A stretch of 64,000 bases of DNA from an uncultured Victivallales bacterium (GTDB taxonomy: Bacteria > Verrucomicrobiota > Kiritimatiellia > UBA8416 > CAZWPN01). The notes under the pieces were generated by a model. That model was not told the origin of the DNA. It searched no databases and saw only the letters and a program-made list of their open reading frames with translations. Below, in pieces: positions 19,543-29,653 of this stretch (positions are counted from its first letter, which is position 1; each line of letters opens with the position of its first letter). The translations under genes were made by a program, and so were the position numbers. The stretch is from positions 502 to 64,501 of the forward strand of contig CAZWPN010000004.1 in the NCBI GenBank assembly GCA_964635275.1, in the 5' to 3' direction.

Positions 19543-19815
19543 ATGACAAAGTCTGAGACGGTTGCAGTTCTCGGCGAAAAATCGGGTCTGACCAAGGTTC
19601 AAGTCGATGGCTTGTTGGACGCACTGGCCAACCTGGCGTATGCCGAGGCAAAGAATGGCTTCGCCATCCCCGGCATCGGCAAACTGGTTCTCGTGCAGCG
19701 TGCGGCAAGGGCGGGACGTAACCCAGCCACAGGCGAGACAATCCAGATACCGGCAAAGACGGCAGTCAAGTTCCGCGTCGCCTCAGCTTGCAAGGAGGCA
19801 GTGTTGAAGGCGTAA
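19543..19815 (+). CDS. hup: DNA-binding protein HU
   Basis: 90 aa with the HU/IHF fold signature (GFAIPGIGKLVLVQRAARAGRNPATGETIQIPA). Confidence 0.9.
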   Translation: MTKSETVAVLGEKSGLTKVQVDGLLDALANLAYAEAKNGFAIPGIGKLVLVQRAARAGRNPATGETIQIPAKTAVKFRVASACKEAVLKA

Positions 19816-19851
19816 GGCTCCATTGCCTTCCGCCACCGCACACCCAGTCTG

Positions 19852-22002
19852 ATGTCACACAATCGCTATCTGCTGCCCGCGCTCTCCGGTTTGGGCGTGG
19901 TGGTTCTGCTGTGCACCGCTTCGACGCTCACTCCGAAGAGCCAGTACGGCGACGTCGGTCGTCTGGTGGCCCGGCGCCTGCCCCGCGAGCACCTGCTTCG
20001 CATGCCGTTTGACGACGCCATGTCCCAGCGGGCGTGGTCGAATTATGTCACAGCTCTGGACTATGATCGCTCGTACTTCCTGGCCGACGATATTCAGCTG
20101 TTCAGGACCCGCGAGAAGCGGCTCGATGATATGGTCTACGGGGGTGACGTAAGTTTCGCGTTCGAGGTCTTCGAGATTTATAAGGAACGAGTCAGGGACA
20201 GGGTTCGATTCGTCAGCGAACTTCTGAAGACACCGCCGGCGCTTGACATTGAGGAAGTTTACCGATGGAAGCGCAAAGACGCGCCTTGGCCCGCCGACCG
20301 CAAGGAATGGGATGATATCTGGCGGCAAAGGATAAAGAACGAATACCTTGCCCGCAGCGTGTCTGCAGCGCAGGAGGCCGCAACGAATCCGGTGCCCACA
20401 GCGGCAGCCACGACCAACACACCTCCTATTCTGCCCGAGGAATGGATTAGAAAGCGGTATCAGCAGGTCCTGACGACGCTGGAGGACAGCGATGCCGACT
20501 GGTTGCTTCAGGTCTACCTTTCCTCCTTCGCCCGGGCGTACGACCCGCACTCCGACTACATGTCGCCGGCAGCAGTGGAGGACTTCGGCATCGAGATGAA
20601 GCTTTCTCTCGTTGGCATCGGCGCCGTGCTGGGGTCGGAAGACGGGGCGGCAAAGGTCATCCGCCTTATCCCCGGAGGACCGGCGGACCGGGACAAGCGT
20701 GATGTCCATCTCCAGCCTAACGACAAGATCATCGCCGTGGCCCAAGGCGATGCCGAAGCGGTCGATACGCTTCACTGGCCCCTGAGCAAGGTGGTGAGGC
20801 TGATCAGAGGCGAGCGTGGCAGCAAGGTGGTGCTCACGGTCATTCCGGCCTCCGATCCAACAGGCACCACGACGCGCCGCATAGATATCATCCGGGACGA
20901 GGTGAAACTCGAGGAACAGGCGGCTAAGTCGCGCATCGAAAACGTCAAACTCGCCGATGGCACGGTACACAAGCTGGGCGTCGTTCAGTTACCTGCCTTT
21001 TACGCCGACATGAAAGCCGGGGCCACGGGCGAACAGGACTACAAGAGTTCAGCCCGTGACGTGGAGAAAGCGGTTCTGGACCTCAAACAGGGCGGAGCTG
21101 AGGGCATTATTGTAGACCTCCGCAGCAATGGCGGCGGCGCTTTGCTGGAAGCAGTGCGCATGACCGGTCTATTTATCGGAGTCGGCCCGGTGGTTCAGGT
21201 AAAGGAAGGGTTGCGCACTCGTGTCATTCCGGATTCCGATCCCAGGATTGTCTATTCCGGGCCGCTAGTCGTACTCGTCAACCGCCTGAGCGCCTCGGCC
21301 TCCGAGATCTTTGCCGGGGCACTCCAGGACTACGGTCGGGCACTCGTCATCGGTGATTCCAAGACCCATGGCAAGGGGTCGGTGCAATCCATCATTGAAC
21401 TCGACCGAGAAAACAGGATGGGGTCGCTCAAGGTCACCACCGCATCCTACTTCCGCGTGTCCGGCGGATCCACCCAATTGAAGGGCGTCACGCCCGACAT
21501 CGTCCTTTCCTCTCCACTTGATTTCTATCCGGACCTTGGCGAGGAAAAACTGGCCTACCCCATACCTTGGACGACCGTCCCCTCCGTCGTGACAACCAAC
21601 CACCAGGAGTTGACGGAGTTCATTCCAACACTGCGGGCGAATTCGGAAAAGCGCCGGGCTGCCGATTCCCACTTTACCGCGTACGGCAAACTTCTGGCAC
21701 GACTCGAAACCATGAACAAGACCACCGAGGTGCCTCTTTCTCTGAAAGCGCGGCTGCTCATGGCAAAGTCAGAGCGGGAATTGCAGGACCTGCAGAAGGA
21801 AACGGAGGACGCCGAAGACGTGGGCGAGGACGCGCCAGAAGACAACAAGGCGCGTAAGCCGGACCTGATTCTGGACGAGGCCCTGCGTATCCTTGCCGAT
21901 CTGGCCAAACTTCAACCCGTGGCACCCCAAGCCGCCCTATACCCGCAAAATGCGGAGCGACGACCCGCAACATCCATATTGGACTGGATGCAAGGGTTGT
22001 GA
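19852..22002 (+). CDS. prc: Tail-specific / C-terminal processing protease (S41 family)
   Basis: PDZ region and S41 catalytic region (VDLRSNGGGAL; LVNRLSASASEIFAGALQD...GDSKTHGKGSVQ), with an N-terminal signal anchor. Confidence 0.85.
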   Translation: MSHNRYLLPALSGLGVVVLLCTASTLTPKSQYGDVGRLVARRLPREHLLRMPFDDAMSQRAWSNYVTALDYDRSYFLADDIQLFRTREKRLDDMVYGGDVSFAFEVFEIYKERVRDRVRFVSELLKTPPALDIEEVYRWKRKDAPWPADRKEWDDIWRQRIKNEYLARSVSAAQEAATNPVPTAAATTNTPPILPEEWIRKRYQQVLTTLEDSDADWLLQVYLSSFARAYDPHSDYMSPAAVEDFGIEMKLSLVGIGAVLGSEDGAAKVIRLIPGGPADRDKRDVHLQPNDKIIAVAQGDAEAVDTLHWPLSKVVRLIRGERGSKVVLTVIPASDPTGTTTRRIDIIRDEVKLEEQAAKSRIENVKLADGTVHKLGVVQLPAFYADMKAGATGEQDYKSSARDVEKAVLDLKQGGAEGIIVDLRSNGGGALLEAVRMTGLFIGVGPVVQVKEGLRTRVIPDSDPRIVYSGPLVVLVNRLSASASEIFAGALQDYGRALVIGDSKTHGKGSVQSIIELDRENRMGSLKVTTASYFRVSGGSTQLKGVTPDIVLSSPLDFYPDLGEEKLAYPIPWTTVPSVVTTNHQELTEFIPTLRANSEKRRAADSHFTAYGKLLARLETMNKTTEVPLSLKARLLMAKSERELQDLQKETEDAEDVGEDAPEDNKARKPDLILDEALRILADLAKLQPVAPQAALYPQNAERRPATSILDWMQGL

Positions 22003-22808
22003 ACATACGCTTCTGGAAGATGCACGGAGCCGGAAACGACTTCGTCCTCTTTGATGATCGAGCAACGAACTTTCCCGTCGATGACCCGACGTGGATTGCG
22101 AGCATCGCAGCCCGCCGCACCGGGATCGGGTGCGAGGGCGTCATCCTGCTCCAGCCTTCGAACAGGGCCACGTTCCGCATGCGTTTCTTCAATCCGGACG
22201 GCAGTGAGGTGGAAATGTGCGGCAACGGCGCGCGCTGTATCGCCCGCCTGGCCAACGACATCGGGGCGGCCCCCAGAACAATGACTATCGAAACAGCGGC
22301 GGGTATTCTTCAGGCGGAAGCCATGGGCGACGAAGTCCGGCTCGGAATGACCACCCCGAGAGACTGGCGAATGAACCGTACGCTCCAGTTTGGCGACCAG
22401 TCGCTGAACTACCACTTCGTCAATTCCGGCGTGCCCCACGCCGTGGTCGAGACAGCGGATCTCGACCGCTGCGACGTGCGGCGTATCGGCGCCGGGATCC
22501 GGCACCACGCCGACTTCGCTCCGGCGGGCACCAATGCGGATTTCATCCGCATCACCGGCCCTCAATCGCTGCGCATACGGACTTACGAGCGTGGTGTCGA
22601 AGACGAATCCGGCGCATGCGGAACAGGAATAGTCGCCGGTGCACTGGTGTCGGCAAAAGCGGGAGCAGTCAAGCCTCCGGTCACTATCACCACCCCGAGC
22701 GGCCACAACCTGATCGTGGACTTCCGGCTGACTTCAACGGGCGCGAGCAACGTTACCCTGCTGGGTCCAGCCGTGCACGTCTTCCACGGAACCGTAAATC
22801 ACCCCTGA
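21999..22808 (+). CDS. dapF: Diaminopimelate epimerase
   Basis: MHGAGNDFVLFD start; catalytic cysteines in MCGNGARC and GACGTG. The start overlaps the prc stop. Confidence 0.9.
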   Translation: MNIRFWKMHGAGNDFVLFDDRATNFPVDDPTWIASIAARRTGIGCEGVILLQPSNRATFRMRFFNPDGSEVEMCGNGARCIARLANDIGAAPRTMTIETAAGILQAEAMGDEVRLGMTTPRDWRMNRTLQFGDQSLNYHFVNSGVPHAVVETADLDRCDVRRIGAGIRHHADFAPAGTNADFIRITGPQSLRIRTYERGVEDESGACGTGIVAGALVSAKAGAVKPPVTITTPSGHNLIVDFRLTSTGASNVTLLGPAVHVFHGTVNHP

Positions 22809-22824
22809 CGACTCTGCCAGGGAC

Positions 22825-23682
22825 TCACACGCCGCTGAACGCGGAAAATCCGCCATCCACGGGGATGATCGTTCCGGTGACAAACCCGGCCGCATCGTCG
22901 GAAACGAGCCATAGCAGCGCCCCCACCAGATCTTCGGGCTTCCCAAACGCTCCCATCGGCGTATGCCCGATAATCGTCTGCGCACGCGGCGTCAGCGAAC
23001 CGTCCGGCCGTGTCAGGAGAGACCGGTTCTGGTCGGTCAGAAAGAATCCCGGCGCAATGGCGTTGACCCGTATGCCCGCCTTGGCCATGTGAACAGCCAG
23101 CCAGAGGGTAAAGTTGCTGACAGCCGCCTTGGCTGCGCTGTAGGCCGGAATCTTCGTAAGAGGCTTGAATGCGTTCATCGATGAGATGTTGATGACCACA
23201 CCATGCCGCCGTTGCGCCATGGCCCGGGTAAAAGCCTGGGTGGGAAGCAGCGTGCCCAGAAAGTTCAGATTGAATACGAACTCAATGCCCTTTGGGTCCA
23301 AGTCGTAGAACGTCACAAAATCCCGGTTTTCTTTGAGCAAATCATCGGGGTTGAGGTGCTCCATGGACGTGGTGCCCTTGGGATGATTGCCGCCCGCGCC
23401 ATTGATCAGAATGTCCACGGGTCCCAACTCCTTCTCTATCTGCGCGTTAGCCGATTCCAGACTCGCGCGTTCTAGCACATTGCACGCGACTCCGATCGCC
23501 CGGCCCCCGTTGGCGCTGATGGTCTTCGCAACCGCTTCCGCGGCCTCCAGTTTCAGATCGGCAACAGCCACGGCTGCGCCGCACTCCGCCAGCGCCCTGG
23601 CCATGGCGGAGCACAATACGCCGCCTCCGCCCGTTACCACAGCCACCTTGCCCTTCAGATCCACCCGGAATGGTACTGTCAT
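22825..23682 (-). CDS. SDR family NAD(P)-dependent oxidoreductase
   Basis: Glycine-rich Rossmann motif VAVVTGGGGVL and catalytic YSAAKAA (YxxxK). Confidence 0.8.
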   Translation of the reverse strand: MTVPFRVDLKGKVAVVTGGGGVLCSAMARALAECGAAVAVADLKLEAAEAVAKTISANGGRAIGVACNVLERASLESANAQIEKELGPVDILINGAGGNHPKGTTSMEHLNPDDLLKENRDFVTFYDLDPKGIEFVFNLNFLGTLLPTQAFTRAMAQRRHGVVINISSMNAFKPLTKIPAYSAAKAAVSNFTLWLAVHMAKAGIRVNAIAPGFFLTDQNRSLLTRPDGSLTPRAQTIIGHTPMGAFGKPEDLVGALLWLVSDDAAGFVTGTIIPVDGGFSAFSGV

Positions 23683-23730
23683 CTTCTTCGCTCTCTTTCT
23701 TGTTCTGCCCTCACAGACTCGTGCCCGCGC

Positions 23731-25002
23731 TCACGTAAAACGGTCCCGGTGTGCCCATAGCCCGATCGCCGGGTTGCTGATAAAGAAGACTTCCTCCCCG
23801 TCAGGCATCCTGTTGACACCATCCCTCAGCCGCGTAGGATCGTAACGCTTCTGCATCGTTGCCAGATCGGCGAAGCGGAAACCAACACCCTCGACTTCAG
23901 CCTGCGTCAAGTGCACTGTGCAGTAGGTGACCTTAAACCGTCCTTCTGATGAACCATGAATCAGGTGGGCAGCGGCGCTCAGGTTCTGCTTAAGGTCAGC
24001 ATTCTCACGCACCGCCTGCAACACCTTCGGAGTCCCTACGTACCCGTAGCGCCGGATCAGCCGGTCAATCTCAGGATCTTCTCCGAACTCCCTCACGCCG
24101 GGCGCCAGCACCACCAACTCGCCGCCGTCGGCAATGGCCATACGCGTGCGGTAGATACTCTTGTTTCCGAGCCAGGTGCTTTTGAATTCGTGCGGGTCGA
24201 GATACACAACCACCTTGTGCTGGGGCTTTTCAAGCATCTCGAAATTTACCTGCAAGGAAAGGGCCGCCGCACGCGTGAAGCATGCCTCGTCATCGCCCAC
24301 GAACAACCCGCGAGTCTTCAGGGCTCCGTCACTGTCGCGTCCAACCACCGTGTGCACATACACTATGGGAAGACTCTTGGCGAAGTGCTCCGACGCGTAG
24401 TTCAGAATACGGCGAACCGGAGTGTCTGCCCGGCCCATCATCCGCTCCATTCCGTACGCCGCACCGATAAAATGACTCTTGTTGATTCCGTCTGCACCTC
24501 CCGTGCCGACAAAGATGTTCTTGTTGTAGTTGGCCATGCCCACCACTTCGTGCGGCACGACCTGCCCTATGGACAGGATCAGATCATGGCCCCCATGGGC
24601 CAGCAGGTTGTCGACCTGCGCAGGCCAGGAGAAGTCCGCCGCATTCCCCGAAACTTCGCGAACATAATCCGCTGGCACCTCACCAAGCGTCGTGATGCCG
24701 TCCCGCCAGTTGTGGACGCGGAATAAGCCCTGTGGCACTTCGCCGAACATCGCCCGAAGTTGGGCCGGCGTCATTGCCGAATGCGTTCCGATCGCCGGCA
24801 GAATGTCAGTCAGGGCATCCCCATAGTGCTTCCATGCCCACCGGGTCAGGTTGCCCGCCCGTGAATGGGACCGTGTGTGATCGGGTGGAACCGCCAGGAC
24901 CTTGTTCCGCTTTCCGATCCGCTTCAGGGCCGCAATCAGACCCTCTTCCAAGTCTCGATCCGTCAGGACGTCCTTCGCCGAACCCCGTTCGTAGTACAGC
25001 AT
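23731..25002 (-). CDS. LarA-like (lactate racemase N-terminal domain / DUF2088) protein
   Basis: 423 aa. The N-terminal domain and overall length resemble nickel-dependent racemase/epimerase LarA-family proteins. Confidence 0.55.
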   Translation of the reverse strand: MLYYERGSAKDVLTDRDLEEGLIAALKRIGKRNKVLAVPPDHTRSHSRAGNLTRWAWKHYGDALTDILPAIGTHSAMTPAQLRAMFGEVPQGLFRVHNWRDGITTLGEVPADYVREVSGNAADFSWPAQVDNLLAHGGHDLILSIGQVVPHEVVGMANYNKNIFVGTGGADGINKSHFIGAAYGMERMMGRADTPVRRILNYASEHFAKSLPIVYVHTVVGRDSDGALKTRGLFVGDDEACFTRAAALSLQVNFEMLEKPQHKVVVYLDPHEFKSTWLGNKSIYRTRMAIADGGELVVLAPGVREFGEDPEIDRLIRRYGYVGTPKVLQAVRENADLKQNLSAAAHLIHGSSEGRFKVTYCTVHLTQAEVEGVGFRFADLATMQKRYDPTRLRDGVNRMPDGEEVFFISNPAIGLWAHRDRFT

Positions 25003-25242
25003 CTCTGCGCCCTTTCAATACGACCCCGCAGCGGCAATGAAAGCACGATGAACTCTCCAGATCAAGTCCTGTTCTAGCGCCCAAACACTTAATGTCGATT
25101 GGCAGACTGCCTGCGCCTACCCGGCTCAGCCGGAGGCGCGTTCAGTTTGCCTTTCGATAGCGCATTTATGACGCTGGTTTGTGTTGCAGCGCGTCGTTGT
25201 TGCGGCTATCCTTAGTGCCATGTTGTCACAGTACACCATCTT

Positions 25243-26457
25243 ATGAAACGCGGATTCATTGATAAGCTGGTTGATCGGCTGGACAAGATTGACCCACGCA
25301 GCCTGCAGCCCCATTTCCTTAGGCTCATTCAGGAGAAGGGTCTTCTGGAGACTATTTTCCAGTCCATACAGGAAGGGATGCTCGTCATTGATGGATCGGG
25401 CCGAATCACTTATGCAAACCGGGCCGCCGAGCAGTTCCTGGGGTTTTCCATTGATTCAGCACGGGGGCGCCCAGTCGCAAATTATCTGAAAGACATTGAC
25501 TGGAACCGCGTTCTAAAACTTGACGTCGCGGAGTGGTCCAAGTTGATCACTCAGGAAATCGAGATCACCTACCCCACCCGGCGGAACTTGAGTTTCTACG
25601 TGGTGCCGCTGAACCCGGATGCCGCCGGGGAGAACGGCGCCGTAGTGATGCTGCGCGACATCAGCAGCCAGCGTCAGCATGAGGCATCTCTTCTCGAGTC
25701 AGAACGCATGAACGCGATCAAACTTCTGGCCGCCGGCGTGGCCCACGAAATCGGTAACCCGCTTAATGCGCTCAACATTCACCTGCAACTGCTCGATCGC
25801 GAATTGAACGCCGTACCGCCTCCTGAACAGAACAACCTTAAGGAGCTTGCTCAAATCGCGCGCAACGAGGTGGCAAGGTTGGACCTGATCATCACCCAAT
25901 TCCTCCGAGCCTTACGTCCCAGCAAGCCGGAGATGAGGCCGTCTGATGTTCACGACATCCTGCAGGAGACGCTGGCCATCCTCAAGCAGGAGATCGCGGA
26001 CCGCAACACCCAAGTCGAAATCCAGCGCGTGCGGGAAATCCCAAGGGTCAATGTAGACCGCAACCAGATGAAGCAGGTGTTCTTCAACGTCATCCGCAAC
26101 GCCATTCAGGCCATGCCGGGCGGCGGCGCACTGCGGATAGCGCTCTCAAGCACCGATCGCTTCGTGGCCATCGTGTTTCAGGACACCGGCGTTGGAATCA
26201 AATCCGAAGATCTTGGACGCGTGTTCGAACCCTATTTCACCACGAAAACCGACGGATCCGGTCTCGGCTTGATGATCGTTCAACGCATCGTGCAGGAGCA
26301 CGGCGGACATATCGAGATCGCCAGCAGACACAACTGCGGCACCGTCTTCACCATCCTCCTGCCGCTGGATGAGCCCCGGATGCGACTGCTGGAGGCACCG
26401 GGAACAAAGAGTCACAAGTCGACCAGGGGTGCACCGTGGTCAGCACCGCAAGGATAG
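25243..26457 (+). CDS. PAS-domain sensor histidine kinase (NtrB/AtoS-like)
   Basis: PAS region (GMLVIDGSGRITYANRAAEQFLGF), HisKA H-box (AHEIGNPLNAL) and HATPase motifs (DTGVGI...GSGLGL). Confidence 0.85.
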   Translation: MKRGFIDKLVDRLDKIDPRSLQPHFLRLIQEKGLLETIFQSIQEGMLVIDGSGRITYANRAAEQFLGFSIDSARGRPVANYLKDIDWNRVLKLDVAEWSKLITQEIEITYPTRRNLSFYVVPLNPDAAGENGAVVMLRDISSQRQHEASLLESERMNAIKLLAAGVAHEIGNPLNALNIHLQLLDRELNAVPPPEQNNLKELAQIARNEVARLDLIITQFLRALRPSKPEMRPSDVHDILQETLAILKQEIADRNTQVEIQRVREIPRVNVDRNQMKQVFFNVIRNAIQAMPGGGALRIALSSTDRFVAIVFQDTGVGIKSEDLGRVFEPYFTTKTDGSGLGLMIVQRIVQEHGGHIEIASRHNCGTVFTILLPLDEPRMRLLEAPGTKSHKSTRGAPWSAPQG

Positions 26458-26463
26458 GCTGTC

Positions 26464-27873
26464 ATGACTTTAACTCCGGGAAAACGCACTGTATTGATTG
26501 TGGACGACGACCGGAACACGCGCGACGGGCTTGGCCGCGCGCTTCGTTCGGGCTTTCATGTTCTGATCGCCGAAAGCGGAGAACGCGCGCTGGACATGAT
26601 GGGGTCGCAGACCGTGGACATAATGTTGAGCGATGTACGCATGCCGGGCATGGACGGCATCACACTGCTCCAGAGAGCCCTGGCGCGGAGCCCTCGGCTC
26701 ATTTGCATACTCCTGACCGCCTATGGGAACGTCGAAGTGGCCGTGGAGGCCATGAAGAGGGGCGCATATGACTTCCTGATGAAACCTGTCAACCTGGATC
26801 ATCTGGACCTCCTGCTGAAGAGGGCATTGCACTCCCGCGATATGGAGACTGAGAACACGGAGTTGCGGCAGCAGTTGGACGACCGGTTCGGCATGGAACG
26901 GATCATTGGCGAGGCGCCTGCCATGCAACAGCTCTTTGACATTATCCGCCAGGCCTCGCCGACACAGGCCACAGTGCTGATCCAGGGAGAGAGCGGTACG
27001 GGGAAGGAACTCGTCGCCCATGCCATCCACCGGCTGAGTACCCGCACCAAGGGGCCATTCATCCCGGTGCACTGTGCCGCCTTGTCATCTACGCTTCTGG
27101 AAAGTGAGCTTTTTGGCCACGAAAAAGGCGCCTATACCGGCGCGGCCAACCAACGGCACGGCCGGTTCGAAATGGCAGATGGCGGCACACTGTTTCTCGA
27201 CGAAATCTCGGAGATTGACCCCTCGGTTCAGGTCAAACTCCTGCGCGTTTTGGAAGAGCGTCGGTTTGAACGCGTCGGTGGGTCGGCCAGCATCGAGGTT
27301 GATATCCGCCTGATTGCCGCCACCAACCGGGATCTGAAGGCCCTCGTGACCGCTGGAAAATTCCGTGAGGACCTTTTCTTCCGTCTAGACGTCGTGAACA
27401 TCCGGCTGCCGCCTCTGAGGGAACGTCTCGCCGATGTACCGATGCTCTTCCGCCATTTCCTCACCGAATTCAACCAGAAGAACGCCCGCAACATTGAAGG
27501 TATCACGCCGGACGCCCTGCATATCCTCTGCGCGCATTCCTGGCCAGGCAACGTGCGAGAGCTGCGCAATACCATCGAGAAGATGGTCGTGCTCTCGCGC
27601 GGCCCTAAGCTAACCGCTCGTGATATTCCGCCCAGCGTTCGCGATGCAGCTCAACGGGTGACCGCCGCCAGCGACGTCGCGCCAGCCGACACCGGATCAA
27701 TCGCCGAAGCCGAGACCCGCATGATCAAGGCCGCCCTGGAGAGAAACAACAGCAACCGCACCCGGGCCGCCTTGGAGTTGGGAATCAGTCGGCGCACGCT
27801 CCACCGCAAACTGCGGGAACTGGGTGCCAACGAAACATCCGATATCGCGGCCGCAACAGACATAGCTCCATGA
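26464..27873 (+). CDS. Sigma-54-dependent response regulator (NtrC family)
   Basis: REC domain, AAA+ Walker A GESGTGKE, an enhancer-binding-protein motif (GAYTGA variant of GAFTGA) and a C-terminal HTH. Confidence 0.85.
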   Translation: MTLTPGKRTVLIVDDDRNTRDGLGRALRSGFHVLIAESGERALDMMGSQTVDIMLSDVRMPGMDGITLLQRALARSPRLICILLTAYGNVEVAVEAMKRGAYDFLMKPVNLDHLDLLLKRALHSRDMETENTELRQQLDDRFGMERIIGEAPAMQQLFDIIRQASPTQATVLIQGESGTGKELVAHAIHRLSTRTKGPFIPVHCAALSSTLLESELFGHEKGAYTGAANQRHGRFEMADGGTLFLDEISEIDPSVQVKLLRVLEERRFERVGGSASIEVDIRLIAATNRDLKALVTAGKFREDLFFRLDVVNIRLPPLRERLADVPMLFRHFLTEFNQKNARNIEGITPDALHILCAHSWPGNVRELRNTIEKMVVLSRGPKLTARDIPPSVRDAAQRVTAASDVAPADTGSIAEAETRMIKAALERNNSNRTRAALELGISRRTLHRKLRELGANETSDIAAATDIAP

Positions 27874-27910
27874 GCAGCAGCGCAGAGGCGCAACCGGTGA
27901 GGGTGAAATC

Positions 27911-29638
27911 ATGACCGCGGAGTCACAAGTCCGGAAGATCATCTGGCCAGCGGGAGAGAACCTGGCCGGAAGCGTCTTGCAGTTCGGCGCAGCGGCCATG
28001 GTGGCTGTCGCAGTCCTCGCGGCGTTCGCATGGTTCCGGTTTGCGGGCATACACGACTCTCATGCCATGGAGCAGTGCAGCCTGGCGCGCAACCTGGCTG
28101 AGGGGAAGGGATTCAACGCAACCTGTGTCCGCCCTGCCGAGATCGCCATTCTGCAGCGGAGCGGCCGAGTGGTTGATCTCCGCCGTTTCCCGGATATCCG
28201 ACAGGCGCCGGCCTACCCTGTAGCGCTGTCAGGCGCCATGCGTCTCGTTCACCCACGAAACGAAGCGCATCCCAGGTCCGGAATATTCCGCCCGGAAACA
28301 GCGTTGGTCGTCCCATTCGGCATACTTTGCACACTGGCCAGCGCGGCACTGGTCTACCTGAGCGGCAGGAAGTGGTTTTCGGACGAAACCGGACAGACTG
28401 CCGCTGTCGCATTCCTCATCTGGGAGCCGGTCCTCGCGGCAAGCATCTCCGGCGGCAGCCTGCCATTCCTCACCTTCACGTTCTCTCTAAGCCTCTGGCT
28501 TGCTGTCACCGCCGCCAACGCCTGCAACCAACAACGATCCGCCGCATTGTGGGCACCCGCCTTTGCCGCCGGGGGCTGCCTCGCCGGCGTCACCTTCCTC
28601 GGTGCCTACGTGCTCTGGCCCCTGATTCCCGGCATGGCATTCCTGAGCGCCTGCCTGTGCGACAGGCGGCGGGGGATCGCCTTCGCAATCACCCTTGCGG
28701 CAGGCGGCCTCGCGATTGCACCATGGCTGCAGCGCAACCTCGCGGTCGCCGGTCATCCCCTCGGATCGGCCCCCTGGTCACTGCTGAACGGAACCTCACT
28801 GTTCACAACGGGTGGATGGGACGCCGCCATGGCCGCCCTGCCTGTCCGATCGGAGATGGTCGCCGCAATTCAGGCCAAGTTCATGGCCAACATCCCGATT
28901 CGAATCGAATCGATCTTCCTTCTGATGGGCGGCACAGTACTGGCCGCATTCTTCTGTGTGGCTTTCTTCATTCGCTTTGACAGTGAATCCGCCAACCGTT
29001 CCCGCTGGCCTGTTCTGGCAATGCTGGCGGCGGTCCTGATCTCAAGCGCCTTTGGCGATGAACGGTCCGCCTTGCACCTCCGCGTCTTTCTGCCGCTGGC
29101 CGCCGCATTCGGTACTGCCGCAGTCTTTGTCATCGCGGAGCACCGTGACTATCTGCTGCCCGCAACCCGTTCGCTGATTGTCTGGAGCGTGGTCGGGCTG
29201 AACGTGCTGCCCCTGGTTCTCAAGGTGTGGGGAACTGCCCCTGTCTCTCCATACCCTCCATGCTTTGCGCCGCTGAACACATATGCAGCGAAGCAGCTCC
29301 ATGATTCGGAAGTTCTTTGCACGGACATACCGTGGGCCACGGCATGGTATGCCAACCGGCTTTCCATCCTGGTACCCGAGAGCGTGAACATGCTCGAAAA
29401 GCTGCGCGCTACTTTCCCGTCGATCCAAGGGCTGTACCTCACTACCGAAACCAAGCGTGGCGCGTCCGTCACCCATGGAAAGACTACTGAAGAAAGCGAT
29501 TGGGGCCGCTTGCTAGCTGGGTGGGTGCCTTCCGGTTTCCCTATGACCAACGGCTTCCGCCTGCCGCCGGGGACCCGTGACCAAGTACTCCTGTTCGACG
29601 GATCACGACAGACTGGCATCCCTGCCGTCAGTCCATGA
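27911..29638 (+). CDS. Polytopic membrane protein, GT39/PMT/ArnT-like glycosyltransferase fold (putative)
   Basis: More than 10 hydrophobic helices. An N-terminal loop (HAMEQCSLARNLAEGKGF) resembles GT-C family 39/83 mannosyltransferases. Confidence 0.5.
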   Translation: MTAESQVRKIIWPAGENLAGSVLQFGAAAMVAVAVLAAFAWFRFAGIHDSHAMEQCSLARNLAEGKGFNATCVRPAEIAILQRSGRVVDLRRFPDIRQAPAYPVALSGAMRLVHPRNEAHPRSGIFRPETALVVPFGILCTLASAALVYLSGRKWFSDETGQTAAVAFLIWEPVLAASISGGSLPFLTFTFSLSLWLAVTAANACNQQRSAALWAPAFAAGGCLAGVTFLGAYVLWPLIPGMAFLSACLCDRRRGIAFAITLAAGGLAIAPWLQRNLAVAGHPLGSAPWSLLNGTSLFTTGGWDAAMAALPVRSEMVAAIQAKFMANIPIRIESIFLLMGGTVLAAFFCVAFFIRFDSESANRSRWPVLAMLAAVLISSAFGDERSALHLRVFLPLAAAFGTAAVFVIAEHRDYLLPATRSLIVWSVVGLNVLPLVLKVWGTAPVSPYPPCFAPLNTYAAKQLHDSEVLCTDIPWATAWYANRLSILVPESVNMLEKLRATFPSIQGLYLTTETKRGASVTHGKTTEESDWGRLLAGWVPSGFPMTNGFRLPPGTRDQVLLFDGSRQTGIPAVSP

Positions 29639-29653
29639 CAACTTCCGCGCCAT

